Shown piece after piece: positions 34,461 to 47,256 of a stretch of 64,000 bases of DNA (position 1 is its first letter; the number at the start of each line of letters is the position of its first letter). A program made the position numbers and the translations under genes. The stretch covers positions 55,924,001 through 55,988,000 of the forward strand of contig CM126222.1 of assembly GCA_052327205.1 (NCBI GenBank), in the 5' to 3' direction. Below the pieces are notes generated by a model. The model saw nothing but the letters and a program-made list of their open reading frames with translations. It did no database searches and was not told where the DNA came from. This DNA comes from Somniosus microcephalus (lineage: Eukaryota).

Positions 34461-36819
34461 TTGACAAGCATTATTGAACTAAGATGCAGTACCAAATCTG
34501 ACATTATGTACATATATCATAGATATACAGTATACTTCACCTCTAATATATAGTATACCTCAACTATATATTTACTACAGATATATAGTATACCACAGAT
34601 ACACAGTATGGTTCGGCTGTAGTTTACTGCATTTATACCTCAGATATATACTACGCATATATTATAAATATACGGTATATACCGATTTTGAGTATTCCTC
34701 AGATGTACATCAACCTCAGATATACAGGAGTAAAGATTTCCCAATCGGGTAACTAATCTCACTTTCTATACAAGGTTCAATTTACAGCATTTGAGAATCT
34801 TCTAGCAACTGAACTATGGTTCCATCGCTGACTTATACAGGTATTGCAGTGATCGCTTGCTTTATTGTACAACTTCGTTTATTACAAAAAGGGAATTTAA
34901 AAAGTCTGACCCATTAATTTTCTTTGACATGAATGAAATCGTTTCCATACAAAGGTGATGTAAAGTGAAGTCAAATAAGAATTGCCACGACTTTTAGCAG
35001 TACAATCGTTTGCAAATTGTTTCGTTCCATATGTGTTCTTAGGGTCCGGTTACTTCTAGAGTTCGGGTTAGGGTTACCTTACTTTGGTGTGGGATAATCA
35101 TTTCTCTTATAAAGGAGCCGCTGAAAGGTTTGCCGAGGCATTGTTTATGAACATTTACATGTGGATTTAATCATTAACGTCAACGTGAAATGTCCACTAT
35201 GTATGAAAAGGACATCGACAAAACATGAACCAATCGAGGGCAATTGTCTGAAAATCAAAATCGTCTTTTAAAGCTGTGTTATTTTTAACTTAAAACAAAC
35301 CAACCTTAACCGCCCAGAGCAGTCATTCTGATTATTTAACAGCCATCTCACAATGCCACTATAACAGCAGTAGCTTTGCAAAGACTAGGATCTATATTTC
35401 CAACAGACGGTGATTGGGAAAAAATGATCAAAACAAGTTTACACCCACAGTAAATGGCTCGAGATGGAAAGAGAATCGAGCTGCCGGGGAGCTGGCCGGC
35501 CATTGTTCCACTGTGTTGGAATTCGCGCTGGTAAGCGGTTTCCATTGAAACCAGTAAACGACTATTACACGATTACAAATCTAGCAAAGTGCATCATTGC
35601 TAGAAAGATCGTCTCGTTAATATTAATAATTAGGTGAAAGACATTTTGTGCGGTATATTATAGAGCGATCGAGTCCCTGCCCCATTTGAAAGCCTCGCTA
35701 TTCTGATTGCAGACAGACACCTTCAGACCGAAATATGGCGGCCGATCTTCCAACACAGTCCGTGTCTGAGCAACAGGGACATCGGCAATGAAGTTACTTC
35801 AGGTCCTAACATGCATAAAAATGATCGTGATTTCTATAAACGGTAACATTAGCTGAGCGATGCCTCGGCCGGGGCACAGTTCGACCAATGTATCCGGTCC
35901 GCTCACTGACTAGGTGAGACTCCAGATGAAGAGAAACTGGGTGGGTTCCAGATTTGGATCATTGCGTTCTGAAAACATTCGATTTTTTGTTAGGCTGTAG
36001 GGAGGAAGAGCACTATTGTGAGGACAGAGGGTTACAATAGAAATTATCAATGGTTCCGTGGAACAAGAAAGCACGATTGCAAAATTTCTAAAATCTGGGC
36101 TAGAAGCAGGAGTTTGGGTGAATGTCCTCTCACCAAGGGAATGCTATGAATCGCCGCCTAGTGTGAAAGCTCAAACTTTAAATATGTTCAAGAAAATATA
36201 TATTATTTATTTATATATACAGAGAGAGGGAGAATAGCCGGACCCTAGTTCACACCCAGGGTTACATAAGAACACGATTGCAGTTGAAGATGGGTGGGGC
36301 ATCCTGCAGTAACTGTTGTTTGGGGCCACGATGGGAGGATAAGACAGCAGTGCTTGAGCAAGCCACCCATCCAGACCTGTGAACGACCCCATGAATTCTG
36401 GGCGGAAGATCCTGCCCGATGGAGAATGGGAGCCTTGCCATTCGGGTGCTCAGTGAGCGGGAGGCCGCTTTTGAACGCCTTGTAGACACAGGCTGGTCAA
36501 GAGACCGACCGCCACCCCCGGGGACTGCGGGGCTTGTTCGTCTTATTGGTGTCATTTCACTTCACCCATGTGCTGAAACCCCAGTGTGTTTATCCCCGAG
36601 CGTTTTCTCGCCCTTGTCCGTTGAAGTAAATGGTGCCATAAACACAGCCTCGTGATTCCCCACAAACTAATTTAGGAAATGTTTACAGTTTTACATCCCC
36701 GCCACCCCCGCCTGACAGTTCATTCGTCTTGGCCGGGAGTTAGACTCTACAAATCAGTTCAGTCCAGAGAGAGAGACTTTATAAATTGCACAACTGGGAT
36801 GTTGACCTGACTCCTTCTG

Positions 36820-37262
36820 AACTGTAACTGTCTCCTTGTATAACTCTCGCCCCTGAGTCGGGAGATTGCGGGTGTTCAGCTCTATGTGATGCTCCAGTGC
36901 AGTACTGCTGGGAGTGCCGCATCGTCCGCGAACCCTCTTTCCCAGGTTAAACCTGCCAGTTCCTGCGGGTGGCAAAAGAAATTCAAGAACAACAAATGCT
37001 CTGGCCAACAATCTTCCCTCAACCAGCACAGATTAACCGGTCAGGCAGCATCTGTGGAGAGAGAAACAGAGTTAGCGTTTCAGGTCGATGACCTTTCATC
37101 CGAGCTGGAAAAAGTTCGAGATGTAAAGGGTTTTAAGCAACAGGGAAAGGGGGGAGGGGAGGAAAGAACAGAAGAACAGAAGGGGATACGGCGGAAGCAG
37201 AAGAGATAAAATTTTCCGTTTTTTATTTCAGATTTCCAGCATCCGTAGTATTTTGCCTTTGT
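36820..37262. mobile_element. DeuSINE fragment fused to a Penelope-type terminal repeat with hammerhead core
   Basis: Minus strand 37102-37065: CGGATGA-AAGGTC-ATC-GACCT-GAAAC-GCTAAC; terminal TTTCAGATTTCCAGCATC. Confidence 0.65.
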
Positions 37263-39229
37263 TTAATATTAACTGGTCTTCTGATTTGCTTTTAGTGTGA
37301 AACCGTGCCCGAATTGACTCTCCAATTCACACCAGTGTGAAGCGCCTTCGGGAGTCCTGAAGACGTGTTAATACGCTATCTAAATGCAATCTTTAATTAT
37401 TATTTAGATAACCAGACTGAACACATGATATATAGAAACAAAATCAGCAGCAGTTTTTTTTTCACAACACCGCCCGCCCTCGTTTTGCAGAGCATCGTAA
37501 CATGTTCGCCTCCGGCTTCAGAGAATATATTTGGCAAAATTCGAGCTTCTTTTTATCAATGCGCCGCCTTTCATCCATTTTATTAATGAAAATTTGAACA
37601 GGCCGGTTACAGGTAATCAAGGAAGGTGGTTCTGTGGATACATTTAGATTTAAATCGGTTAGAAACAATATTCTAAAAACACGTTAAGTACCCACATTGC
37701 AGTGTTTTTGTAAAATTAGCAATCTATCCGTGTCACACTTGACCTGTGTGCAGACAGTAATGTAAAGTATCTTAAGAGACTCAGAAAGTGCGTCATTTCA
37801 TTCGCAATATCAAAACTCCCGTTAAAATCTGTTGGAATAGATCAAGATATTATAAAATGTCCAAGAGATTATTGAGACACTGTATACACATATATACAGC
37901 GAAACATTCATAGTCCCATGATACATAAACGCTAAACAAGCGTACACAATCTCAAACATCCGCACAGTGATATGCTTGAGAGATGATCTCATGAGAGACG
38001 TGAGTGTTGCTCGTGATCTGACCTCAATCTGAAAGTACAGTTCAGTTACTCATAAGCTGCTGGGAAATGCCGAATTTATATTTCCCGAGCCTCAGAGGGG
38101 TCCCACCATGCACCTTTACACAATAAAGAGTATGTTTACAGTTGTTTCGTTTTTATCTTGCAGTGTTCATTTTCAGCCCAACAGTAACCTTAGTAGTTGC
38201 ACTGAACCATCCTTTCACACTTTGGTGTCCTCACCGAACCTTCCACCGCCTCTCGACTGAATTGCCCCAAAGGCCACCTGTTTTGACGGCGCGATGGTTT
38301 AAATTGACGATGAAACTGAGTGTGTAGCCAAATGGAAGGCTGGATCGCACTGTCTTCCCCAGTTCCGTCCCACACCACCTCCTGGGAATCTTCGTAAGAC
38401 AATTGGAATCCAACAGGTCCACAAACCGATATTTTTTTTCTATATTCGGCGCAGTGACGAGATGGCTGGAGGTGATTAGTGTAAAAGAAAATGTAGTTCA
38501 ACAGGAGATCCCGGATAATGGAAGTTGATGCCAATTGTTCTATATTTAGAAAGTACAGCTATCTGTAGCGCCCACACTCTATTGTAAGCTTGTTTATTAT
38601 TAGGATGCACCGAATGTGTTATATAAAAGCGATTCAGTTGTTCAAAGCCTTTTGAGCCTCATACAATGGATTAGCAGAGCTGCAGTTTTACAATCAGAAA
38701 TCAAAGTCAAACCTCTTACAAAAGGAAATACTGGAGGTAATGTTCAGAAAGGCATGTACATACTTCTTTCTGTCAGTGTCGCAACACGATTCGGTGTGCC
38801 ATTATCAAATGTATATTTGGTTTTCCAAAGAAGGATCGATGATGGTAGATTATTTCTATTGTGTTGATAATGGTAGAATCCGAGTTTTTATCTTCCTGGA
38901 CAGCAGAGGCCCTACCACAGAGCCTTAGGAGTCACAAAGAAAGATTACGCCCATGTTCCCATTCATTTTCAGTTATCTCGAGCTGCTCATGTTAATGAGT
39001 GTTGATGTTCGGGTTTAGGATTTGTGCACCAATGAAGCACTATCATTGAAACAGCCCTTTGCAAATCTCCAGACTCACAAAATGCAAACAGGACAAACCA
39101 GGAAATAAGAAATATACACGATTGTGGTGCCTGAAGAGTCAGACTGCCAAGGGTTAGTAGCCACAGGTTGGTCCTCCTGCTTTGCTGTGTTGGATGTGTC
39201 TTGCCTATTCTCGCTATACTTCTCATTTT

Positions 39230-39900
39230 AAATTGGTTTTGGTTGAAAATACCATATTTTCTGTTCAGACACCTGCCTGATATAGCCAGCATCATATCTC
39301 CCAAACAAACTACTGAGGAACCCATGTATTTTCCATTTGTCTGATATGGAATGCTCATTCGCCTCCCCTAAGAACACATCCAAGGAGAGAACATTTAAAC
39401 ACAGGTTGGCGACGGCCAGACTTAGGAACTTCCAAGCACGTGTAGACATATTTGTGGAGTATAAATGGCTAAAATCATGCAGCTGCCACAACGCGCTGGT
39501 ACGATCCCCGCTGCTTGTCCAAGGTAAGGCCAGCTTACTGTTATCTGGAACAAAGTGACAAGAATTCCAAGCTTACTGCTTCAGAGGCCATGAATAAAGC
39601 AAACTGGTTGGACAGTCATCAACAGTACTTTGTAAGACTCCAAAACCTACTCACCTGTGGAGTTGCCATATGATCTACTGATTGCCGCCTCCTAGGCGTG
39701 TCATCTTGGGATCAACTTGGCCCCAAATATCTCGCTTACTTCTTTCTCCCGGTTAATTATTTTTAGGGCCTCTGACCAAATTCGGTTCAGTTGAAAATAC
39801 CATCCAAATGTATTCGCAGTGTAAAGGTTTATACAACAGCTCACAATGTACTTCAATAACACCTTACATCAAACCACTAACTCGTTGTACTAAAACTGCG
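39230..39900 (-). mobile_element. Ancient CR1 3' relic
   Basis: TRAWKFLSLAVAN...LDVFL resembles the CR1 C-terminal RVxxxWNxL...FKxxLDxFL. Confidence 0.45.
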
Positions 39901-41055
39901 TCAGCCTTTCATTTACGAATATTAAAGATTATAACACAATAATGTCCTCTTTTTGAGACGGCGCCTGAGTACTCTTTTACCGTGCTGGTCCTAAAGCACT
40001 CCCACAATCACAGATCGCCGCTTACCCAGTTTCTATCTATGGCACTGATCTAAATTGGAATAGGTATCTTGAAACTCTAAAATTAAAATTGTAAAACCAA
40101 AGGTTTACTCCAGAATATATTTTTTTTAAACCCTAACCAAAAAGCTTTTGTTTGTGGATTTGTATTTATAATGCAACGTGGGTATGTGAGTTTTTTTAAA
40201 GATAGTTTTATGATCAGTTAGGAGAAACGGTCGTCTTCTTTAGTATTAAGATAGCCACGTATTTCTAATAATTGGATTTCCAGATAAATACCCCGAGAAG
40301 TCTGCGAACAGTCACTTAATGACCTAGTCTGTGAAGAAGCATTCCTGGGTCAGAGGTCTGAGGAGCAATGATACTTTGACGTACAGTTATTTCACTCAAG
40401 TCACAGGATGTTGCCTCCTTGACTATTTTAATCTGCACAGTTTGTCAACGTGACACATATCAAACTGTGGTTTCCGAGAAATGACGCCAGCTGGTAACCA
40501 CAGCGACACGCAGGATTACTTTTTTCAATAAAATGTTACTTTAAAATATGTGCAGTAAGATTAAGATTTCAAAGGCAGCTCCAGAGTTACATCATTTCAT
40601 TCACTCAGAAATAGTACCAAGAGTCCTTCGAGAGAGTAACTTCACAATGACAGTATATTGAACTTTACATTGCGCGGCACAAATTAATAATATAACTCAG
40701 TCTTGTTTCATAGAATTTCTATTCACTGTTCAGCCTGCAATAATACACGCCAGATCAAAAATGGCGTCCCGTAGATACAAAACCGAATATCAACATTCTT
40801 CCATTATCTGATTGACTGTCGCCTACTGCAACAGCGAATACGGTGCGTTAAAGGCTTTTCACATATTTACATTCAAGCACAAAAAAAATACAATTTTATA
40901 ATAGCAGCACAAGCTCGCCAGCTTCGGAAATATCAAACAGACAGGAAATACAAAGAATCTGCACATTTAAATAGCACACATGTTATCACAAATATTAATT
41001 ATATTTGACATAGGATTAAAAATTGAAACAATGTATCAAACATCCATAATGTGGT

Positions 41056-41061
41056 TTTATT
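41056..41061 (-). terminator. Candidate CBX4 polyadenylation signal
   Basis: AATAAA on the minus strand ~270 nt after the stop codon; use not shown. Confidence 0.35.
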
Positions 41062-41333
41062 ATTTCATGTGTCAGACCATAGATCTTGCTTTAAAAAAAT
41101 TAAAAATCCCGATTTAAGGAAGCAGTGTCTTCGGTGACCTTTACTGCGGGTCCGTCCAGTCTGTCTCCAAACACATATTTACTTCTGCTTATTTAATGTG
41201 CTCGTTTATAAATACATTTGCGCGCACATGAACTCTTCAATTTAAAGAACGGAGATTTGGGTTAAAGAGCGCATTCACTCGAAGGATTTCTCATTTCATT
41301 CTACATGGTTTCTAGATCTGCTTTAAGTTTCCT

Positions 41334-42722
41334 TCACACAGTTACATATTCCTTAAATGTAACGGTGAGGCAGTTCGCTGTGACATCTGTGATAATCAGA
41401 TTGCCGAGGTAAGGTTTGAGGCCAGTCCATGGATATTGCTGCTCTCCCTTAACCGATTCCTCTTTCTCCTCAATCTCTGCCTGCTGCGCCGCCGCCTTCT
41501 GAGGCGCTGGCCTAGACTTTACACAGCTCAGATCGATTGGCTGCTCGGGATTTGAGTCCAAAATACCATCAATTCCCTCATTCCGATAACTATCGACCGC
41601 CTGCAGCTCAATTAGGTCATCCTGGTCCAGCTGGACTGCGCTTCCCGGCACGCTGATGCTCCTGCAGGTCGTTGGTTTTTTGGCCTCTCTGTCGGCGATG
41701 GGTTCTGAAAGATAGCGCTTTCTGGACTGGGGGAGATTGGAGTATAACCCATCCCTACTGGACACCTCCGAATCACAAGCCCATCGCGTCGTATGTGGCT
41801 GTTCACTTTGCTCCTCCACCAAGGGACGTTGGTCCTTCCGAGTCCTCCCCTCTTTCCCACTTGCTGTCTCGCTACTTTCTGTGTCCGCTACCTCCCCGGT
41901 CAGATTTTTATTCTGCGCTGCAACTGCCGCCTCTTTAACCACCATAGTCCTAATATAACCATTCTTTTCGGCCTCTGTCCCCTTGTTTACATTACGAGTC
42001 TTCATCGTCTCTTGCCACCCATTTGTAACATTATTATCCTTGACCTTCTCTACTCTTTCCTCTGCCGCCATAGTTTTGCGATGTCCATTTTTGACTATCC
42101 ATAGCTCCCGATCTCCAGTCTTGCTTGCCACTGACTCATTCCCTCCATCCCCGCTCTTACTGTGTTTATCTTTCGCTGACTGTATCCCATTATCCATATA
42201 TTTGCTCATGACTATTACAATCCTACCATTCTTGTTTTTATTTTTCACTATTTTCATTCTACCATTCATGCCATTGTTTCTCACACTTTCCTTGGCTATT
42301 TCGGACCCGTTCCCGGATTTCGAATCCATTTCCTTGACCTCAGGCTTCTCCGTGCCTACGGCATGGGTGCGATTTCCACTCTTGATAAAAGTGTGCAGTG
42401 CTTCGTGTTCCTGAGCGGATTGGTGCTGTTCCTGATTTCCTTCAGTTTCACTCCGGTGTGAGTCGGTCTGCTGATTCGGATACATGATGTCTGGTTGATA
42501 ATGGTGATGTTTTTTGCTATTGAGTTGGTAGTAATGTTTAGTAGCTTGATGCTGACGTTGTTCCTCAGTGTTACAGGGTTTGTACTGATGAAGCTTTTTA
42601 CTGTTCAGTTGATATTGACGTTTGATGGGCTGCTGCTGGATTTCGTTCTTTGACCGCTCTTCTTCCACATAAGTATCCTGTAGCTCCGAAGGGACATTTG
42701 AACGTCGTGCAAAAGCTGGTAG
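41334..42722 (-). CDS. CBX4: CBX4 exon 5 (462 aa plus stop)
   Basis: Acceptor TTCCAG; PAFARRSNV, two YQLNSKKHH repeats, KNKNGRIVIVMSKY (SIM), RKRYLSE, PIDLS, Pc box GNLIITDVTANCLTVTFKEYVTV*. Confidence 0.95.
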   Translation of the reverse strand, partial: LPAFARRSNVPSELQDTYVEEERSKNEIQQQPIKRQYQLNSKKLHQYKPCNTEEQRQHQATKHYYQLNSKKHHHYQPDIMYPNQQTDSHRSETEGNQEQHQSAQEHEALHTFIKSGNRTHAVGTEKPEVKEMDSKSGNGSEIAKESVRNNGMNGRMKIVKNKNKNGRIVIVMSKYMDNGIQSAKDKHSKSGDGGNESVASKTGDRELWIVKNGHRKTMAAEERVEKVKDNNVTNGWQETMKTRNVNKGTEAEKNGYIRTMVVKEAAVAAQNKNLTGEVADTESSETASGKEGRTRKDQRPLVEEQSEQPHTTRWACDSEVSSRDGLYSNLPQSRKRYLSEPIADREAKKPTTCRSISVPGSAVQLDQDDLIELQAVDSYRNEGIDGILDSNPEQPIDLSCVKSRPAPQKAAAQQAEIEEKEESVKGEQQYPWTGLKPYLGNLIITDVTANCLTVTFKEYVTV

Positions 42723-43730
42723 CTGGAAATTGAGAATAAATAGATTAGTATTATTTTGGGTTTCAAATTCTAGTAAGTAACCTATAATCAATGAACTATA
42801 AGACAAAACCACAACTTAAATCTGTAGAGTAGCTCTTTCTATATTGAATGGTCACTGAAACATAAGGTTTGTGTCTATGTTACCTCTGTAGCAAGGGCCA
42901 AGCAGTATGGATTTACAGTTTCACCTTTTTATTTGTTTCACTTCCCTCACCTGGCAGGTTCCAGGCTGAAGGGACAGGCAGGCGATCACCAATTCCCATT
43001 CCTTTGCCAATCTGCTCTATACATTTAGGAGGAACTCATTGGTGACATGTGATGTCTCAACCATTGGTTCCTTCTTGGCCGATGTTTCGAAGCTCCTGGC
43101 CTCCACAAGATCCCAACAGTTCTTACTAATCTATTAATTTCTGAGCAGCAAATGTCCAATCAATATCAGCTTGTACTTAGTATCCCAGCAGAGGAATACT
43201 GGTTTTGGTTAGTTGCTGCCAATGTTGCTTTGGACACCGACCATTCATTAATGAATCCATAAAAGTTGGATTTGTACCTGGTTGTTTTAGATGTATTTGT
43301 GTATTGCAAATTTGGAACATAGTAGGTTTGCGATTCTATTGAAGTACATCTAGCAGGATGTAATCTAATATAATTGCTACTTTTCATTTGAAGAGCTAAA
43401 CTTGTTTTATGTGTTACTTTCAAAACAAATGTTATTGGTAGAAAGACAGAAATCCATATGATTTTATACTCAAATTTAGCATCTGTTTTCTTAGATCCAT
43501 TTATGCCCATCAACAACATGCTCTCTTGTACTGTAGGGTCTGTGTCAACATTACTTTATAACGTTATACTGACCTTTACTCAATTGCCTGCTCTAAGTAG
43601 GTATACACAGTTTGGCTGAGAATACATTTATGAAACTGGATTCAACAGGAAAATAGATAATATTTGATAGATTGCTCCAATGTGGTTCATATTTAACACA
43701 ATCAAATGCGCACTAGATAGATGATATTAC

Positions 43731-43797
43731 CTGAACCAGTAAATGTTTGGGCTTGGGTCCTCGTTTACGATAGCCCATTGACTGTTCTTGTCTTTCC
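43731..43797 (-). CDS. CBX4: CBX4 exon 4 (AT-hook-like)
   Basis: 67 nt, ERQEQSMGYRKRGPKPKHLLVQ; AG and GT flanks; phase 2 to phase 0. Confidence 0.95.
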
Positions 43798-44269
43798 CTG
43801 CAATCATAGATAAAGGTTAGCATTAAAGTCATTGTAATAAATACCTATGAAATTAATGATCAGTTTGATAAATGTTTTCTACGCCACTCCCAAAAAGACT
43901 GGAGATGCTTGGTTGCTCTGTATTTTGTATATAACCTGCAACACTCTAATGTGATGAAAAATACTTTTAAATTTAAAAAAAACATAAAGTCATTATGTGC
44001 TCTGACAATTTTAATGAAATATTTACATTTGCATAGCCAACTGAGTGACTAGATTGTCACATATCACTGCAAGGATACATTGTTCCAGAATATACGAGTA
44101 AAGTTTTGCATTTTTTGGCTGGGGTGGGGGTGTCCCGACTCCTGACTTAAAATTTATATCCAGAAGGATACAGTCTTCTTTATTAAAGGAAAGTTTATCT
44201 AAATTAAAATGAAACCATCTACACAATAGACTATAACAATATTAATGCTTTATAAACCCTTAGTGAGAG

Positions 44270-44730
44270 GACATTCAGAGTGAACATTGTTTCCAGTTGT
44301 GCATGGAAAATATTGGGAAAACAGGAAGAAAAATGATTCTAGATTTCAGATCACTGAGCTAAGTCTATTTTCATTGGAAAAATAGTTGAAGTTATTATGA
44401 TGGGATGGATGTAATGGTTCTGTGCAAGACCACCATACACGTTCCCAAAGGCTTGTTATAAACTTAGGAAGCCATTAGCAAAACTTAGTACAAGGAATAA
44501 CTTCCTTGTGCTTAGAGTCCTTCAACTTATGGTTTAGAGTGTTACCCAGCACAGTAAGCACCAAATCCATTGAAACATTCAAAATGGAATTGGATAGATT
44601 CCATACTCGACAAAGATTAGATTTGGGTTTGAGGAAGGAACATGACTTAATGGCCAAATCTGGCTCCTAAAAGAATGCCTTTGTGATCTAACAGGCCTAC
44701 ATATGCTGATTAGCCTTTCTTGTTCCTACA
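44270..44730 (+). mobile_element. Old CR1 3' relic in CBX4 intron 3
   Basis: LYKPLVRGHSE, SIETFKMELDRF, and a CR1-like tail. Confidence 0.6.
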
Positions 44731-46558
44731 TCGCCCCAGGTTGGAAGCGTTGCCACATTTACTGCTCATATTCCAATTTACTATATGCCTTTCTGTACTA
44801 ATTTCCACATTTTACACATATATAATGAATATTAATAGTAAATTCCTCTGAAGTACATGGAAATGAATACTTTGTGAGAGTTCACTTAGCTGTCCTAATG
44901 TTCGAGCTACTTCAACTGTACCACAGAACCACACCGCAATATGTCCAGTCAAAATGTGAGGAAATGAATCCCTAAAGTAAGAGATATTTTACCAGTTTGC
45001 ATCAGTTTGCTAATAATTGTTCTTTTATTGTGATGTAATGTGCACATTAAAAAAGGATATCTAAAGCCAACTATAGCCAAAGGGAGCAGCTCGCTTATTT
45101 TCTCTTTGGCTCTTTTGTATAGTTCACAAGTATTTCTTGTGATTCTCATACTATTCTTCTGCCATTGTGTTAAAGGGGTTTAAGTAAGTATGCAATAACC
45201 CATATAACATGCATCAGTTGTTTTTGATAACTGTATTCTTTCTGCATGTGACTGCGATGCTTTGTATTAAATCTCTATCAGTGTGAAGTTGTACTGTTGA
45301 GTTAACTGAGATCAGACTATTGCATTCTTATGACCAAAGAAAGGCCTGTAATGCAACTTATCAAGTACAGCGTCTCTTACTTGTACTTTAGTAATTCATT
45401 CATTAAAAAACGTATACTTTGTTATTATTTAATTTGTATTTTTACACCAAGTAATGCGATTTTATTGTGGTTATGGTGCGTTCCTGTAACTCAGTCAAAA
45501 TATGCAAAGGTCCATGGTTAGCTGATTTTGAATAGCTGCAACCGACTTGTAACAGACAGTAGGGAGAAAGGGGATACTGCAGTTGCAATTGCCGACCCTC
45601 CCCTTATGCTGCTGTGTCTCTTTAATTAAGTCTAAAGGAAGGTAATGCAGTCACCTTCGCCTATATGCAAAGATACAAGCCTCTTTTAAAAATAACGCGT
45701 TATTGATTTAGCTACTAGTCCAATTATTCCTGTTTCACTAAGGTCCAGTTATAAGCAACTTTTTGTCCCTCCTACCCTGTTACACACAGCGTGACTCCAC
45801 TATATTTATTCACATGATTGCAGGCAGCTATGGCAACCCTGTGAGCAACTAACCAGTCAGATCGATTATCGTGTACCTAATTAAAAAGGATTCGCAACTC
45901 TGCGGGTCCTTCCCGTTTTTTTCAGGTTGCAGCGCTCGTTAAAATAAGCGTTGCCCCTTTAAAATGATACTTGTGCGTCAGCAGGTGCAGCGCAGAGCAG
46001 AAGTGTGGATGGGCCATTAGAAACAGGAACATCGCAGGTCATCGTGAGAAGGACGTTCTGTGATCTGACAGCCCAGAACCTCCCTACACGAGTCTCACTT
46101 CGGAGATAAATGCACCATCTAGCTACGATCTGGAACATCGCACCAGCAGTTACATCACTCTTGCAGCTAGTGGTTAAAAGCGAGTTGTTTTTTTAAAAAC
46201 TTTTATATTCCAGCATTGATTCCATCAATATTTCTTAAACGTTATCAATTTATTGTTTCATTTTATTGCAGAATTTCGACTTCAGTAACGGCAGATTTTC
46301 AGTTGGAACCCGTAACCCTACCAGCTGACTGTCGATCCGGATCCTCTCTCCTCCCCCCTTACAGCAAGGGCTATCTTGAAATATTTAGCTGTGGATTTTC
46401 AACTGCTCAATAGTATATCCCAACCTCCCAGACTCTCCAGCCGTTCCGATCACATCTGCACCGGAACACTGAAGCGTTCTATTCTGGTTTCATTTCGAAA
46501 CTGTGCAGGCCCTTTACTTTCGAAAGCTCTCCTCTTTTAGCACTGTCAATTCTTTGGC

Positions 46559-46993
46559 TATATATATATATGTATATATGTATATATCTGCAGCCGAGTG
46601 GCAGATTTTTGCTCTCCCCTCTCTCTCTTTTCCATTACCTGTGCTGGAAAGCCAGGAGCAGCCGAGGGTCTAGGATGTTCTCCTCTGGCTCCCACGTGTT
46701 GTATCTGCGAAGAAGACACCAGCAGTTCAGTTAAAACCTCTCACGGATCCACAAGCGGAAAAAATAAAATGAACTAGCGCTGCTAGTCAAGCAGCGTACA
46801 AGGGAGGCCATTTTCACTCCATTCACACACTATCATATCTGTTTCACAGTCCATTAAGACATTCCAAGACTCTCATTGGCCATTTTTTTTGTTACATCGG
46901 TGGTCTACCAACAATTCACTGATGGCATTTGTAAAAAGGGAAATGACTAAGTCCAAGATTCTTCCATCGTCCACACACACACACACACACACA
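46559..46993. repeat. (TA)n at 46559-46587 and (CA)n at 46973-46993 microsatellites in CBX4 introns
   Basis: Visible dinucleotide runs. Confidence 0.85.
46639..46704 (-). CDS. CBX4: CBX4 exon 3 (chromodomain)
   Basis: 66 nt, [22 protein letters not shown]; canonical splice sites. Confidence 0.96.
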
Positions 46994-47032
46994 GTAGTAT
47001 ATCTAAAAAATATATATAAAAATGGGACTCAC

Positions 47033-47076
47033 TTGGGAGACCATCCCCTCCATTTCACCAGGTATTCGACTCTTCC
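47033..47076 (-). CDS. CBX4: CBX4 exon 2 (chromodomain)
   Basis: 44 nt, GRVEYLVKWRGWSPK; CAG acceptor and GTGAGT donor. Confidence 0.96.
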
Positions 47077-47187
47077 CTGTGGAAAAATAAAGAGAGCGTC
47101 CGTCACTGAAAAGCAGAGACAGCACTGGAACTGATCAATAAGGTGCCGGAATTAGTGGGGAGGTGAGCTAGAGCTGCTCACACTTAC

Positions 47188-47256
47188 CTTCCTGATCCGC
47201 TTTTTCTCGATGCTCTCCACGGCAAATACGTGCTCCCCTGCGGCCGGCAACTCCAT
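47188..47256 (-). CDS. CBX4: CBX4 exon 1 coding part
   Basis: GCTATGG Kozak context; MELPAAGEHVFAVESIEKKRIRK; donor GTAAGT; exons sum to 544 aa. Confidence 0.96.

Noticed and set aside
36294-36655. Overlapping short ORFs in GC-rich DNA
   Set aside because: Likely a decayed RTE 3' end (WAEDPARWR, AAFER); no gene structure
41672-42414. Plus-strand ORFs of 88-143 aa
   Set aside because: Antisense shadows of CBX4 exon 5
42490-42625. Duplicated YQLNSKKHH motif as a novelty
   Set aside because: As I recall, human CBX4 also has two copies, so this is ancestral
42723-42812. N-terminal 30 aa of the 492-aa ORF
   Set aside because: Intronic; the true exon begins after the AG at 42723-42724
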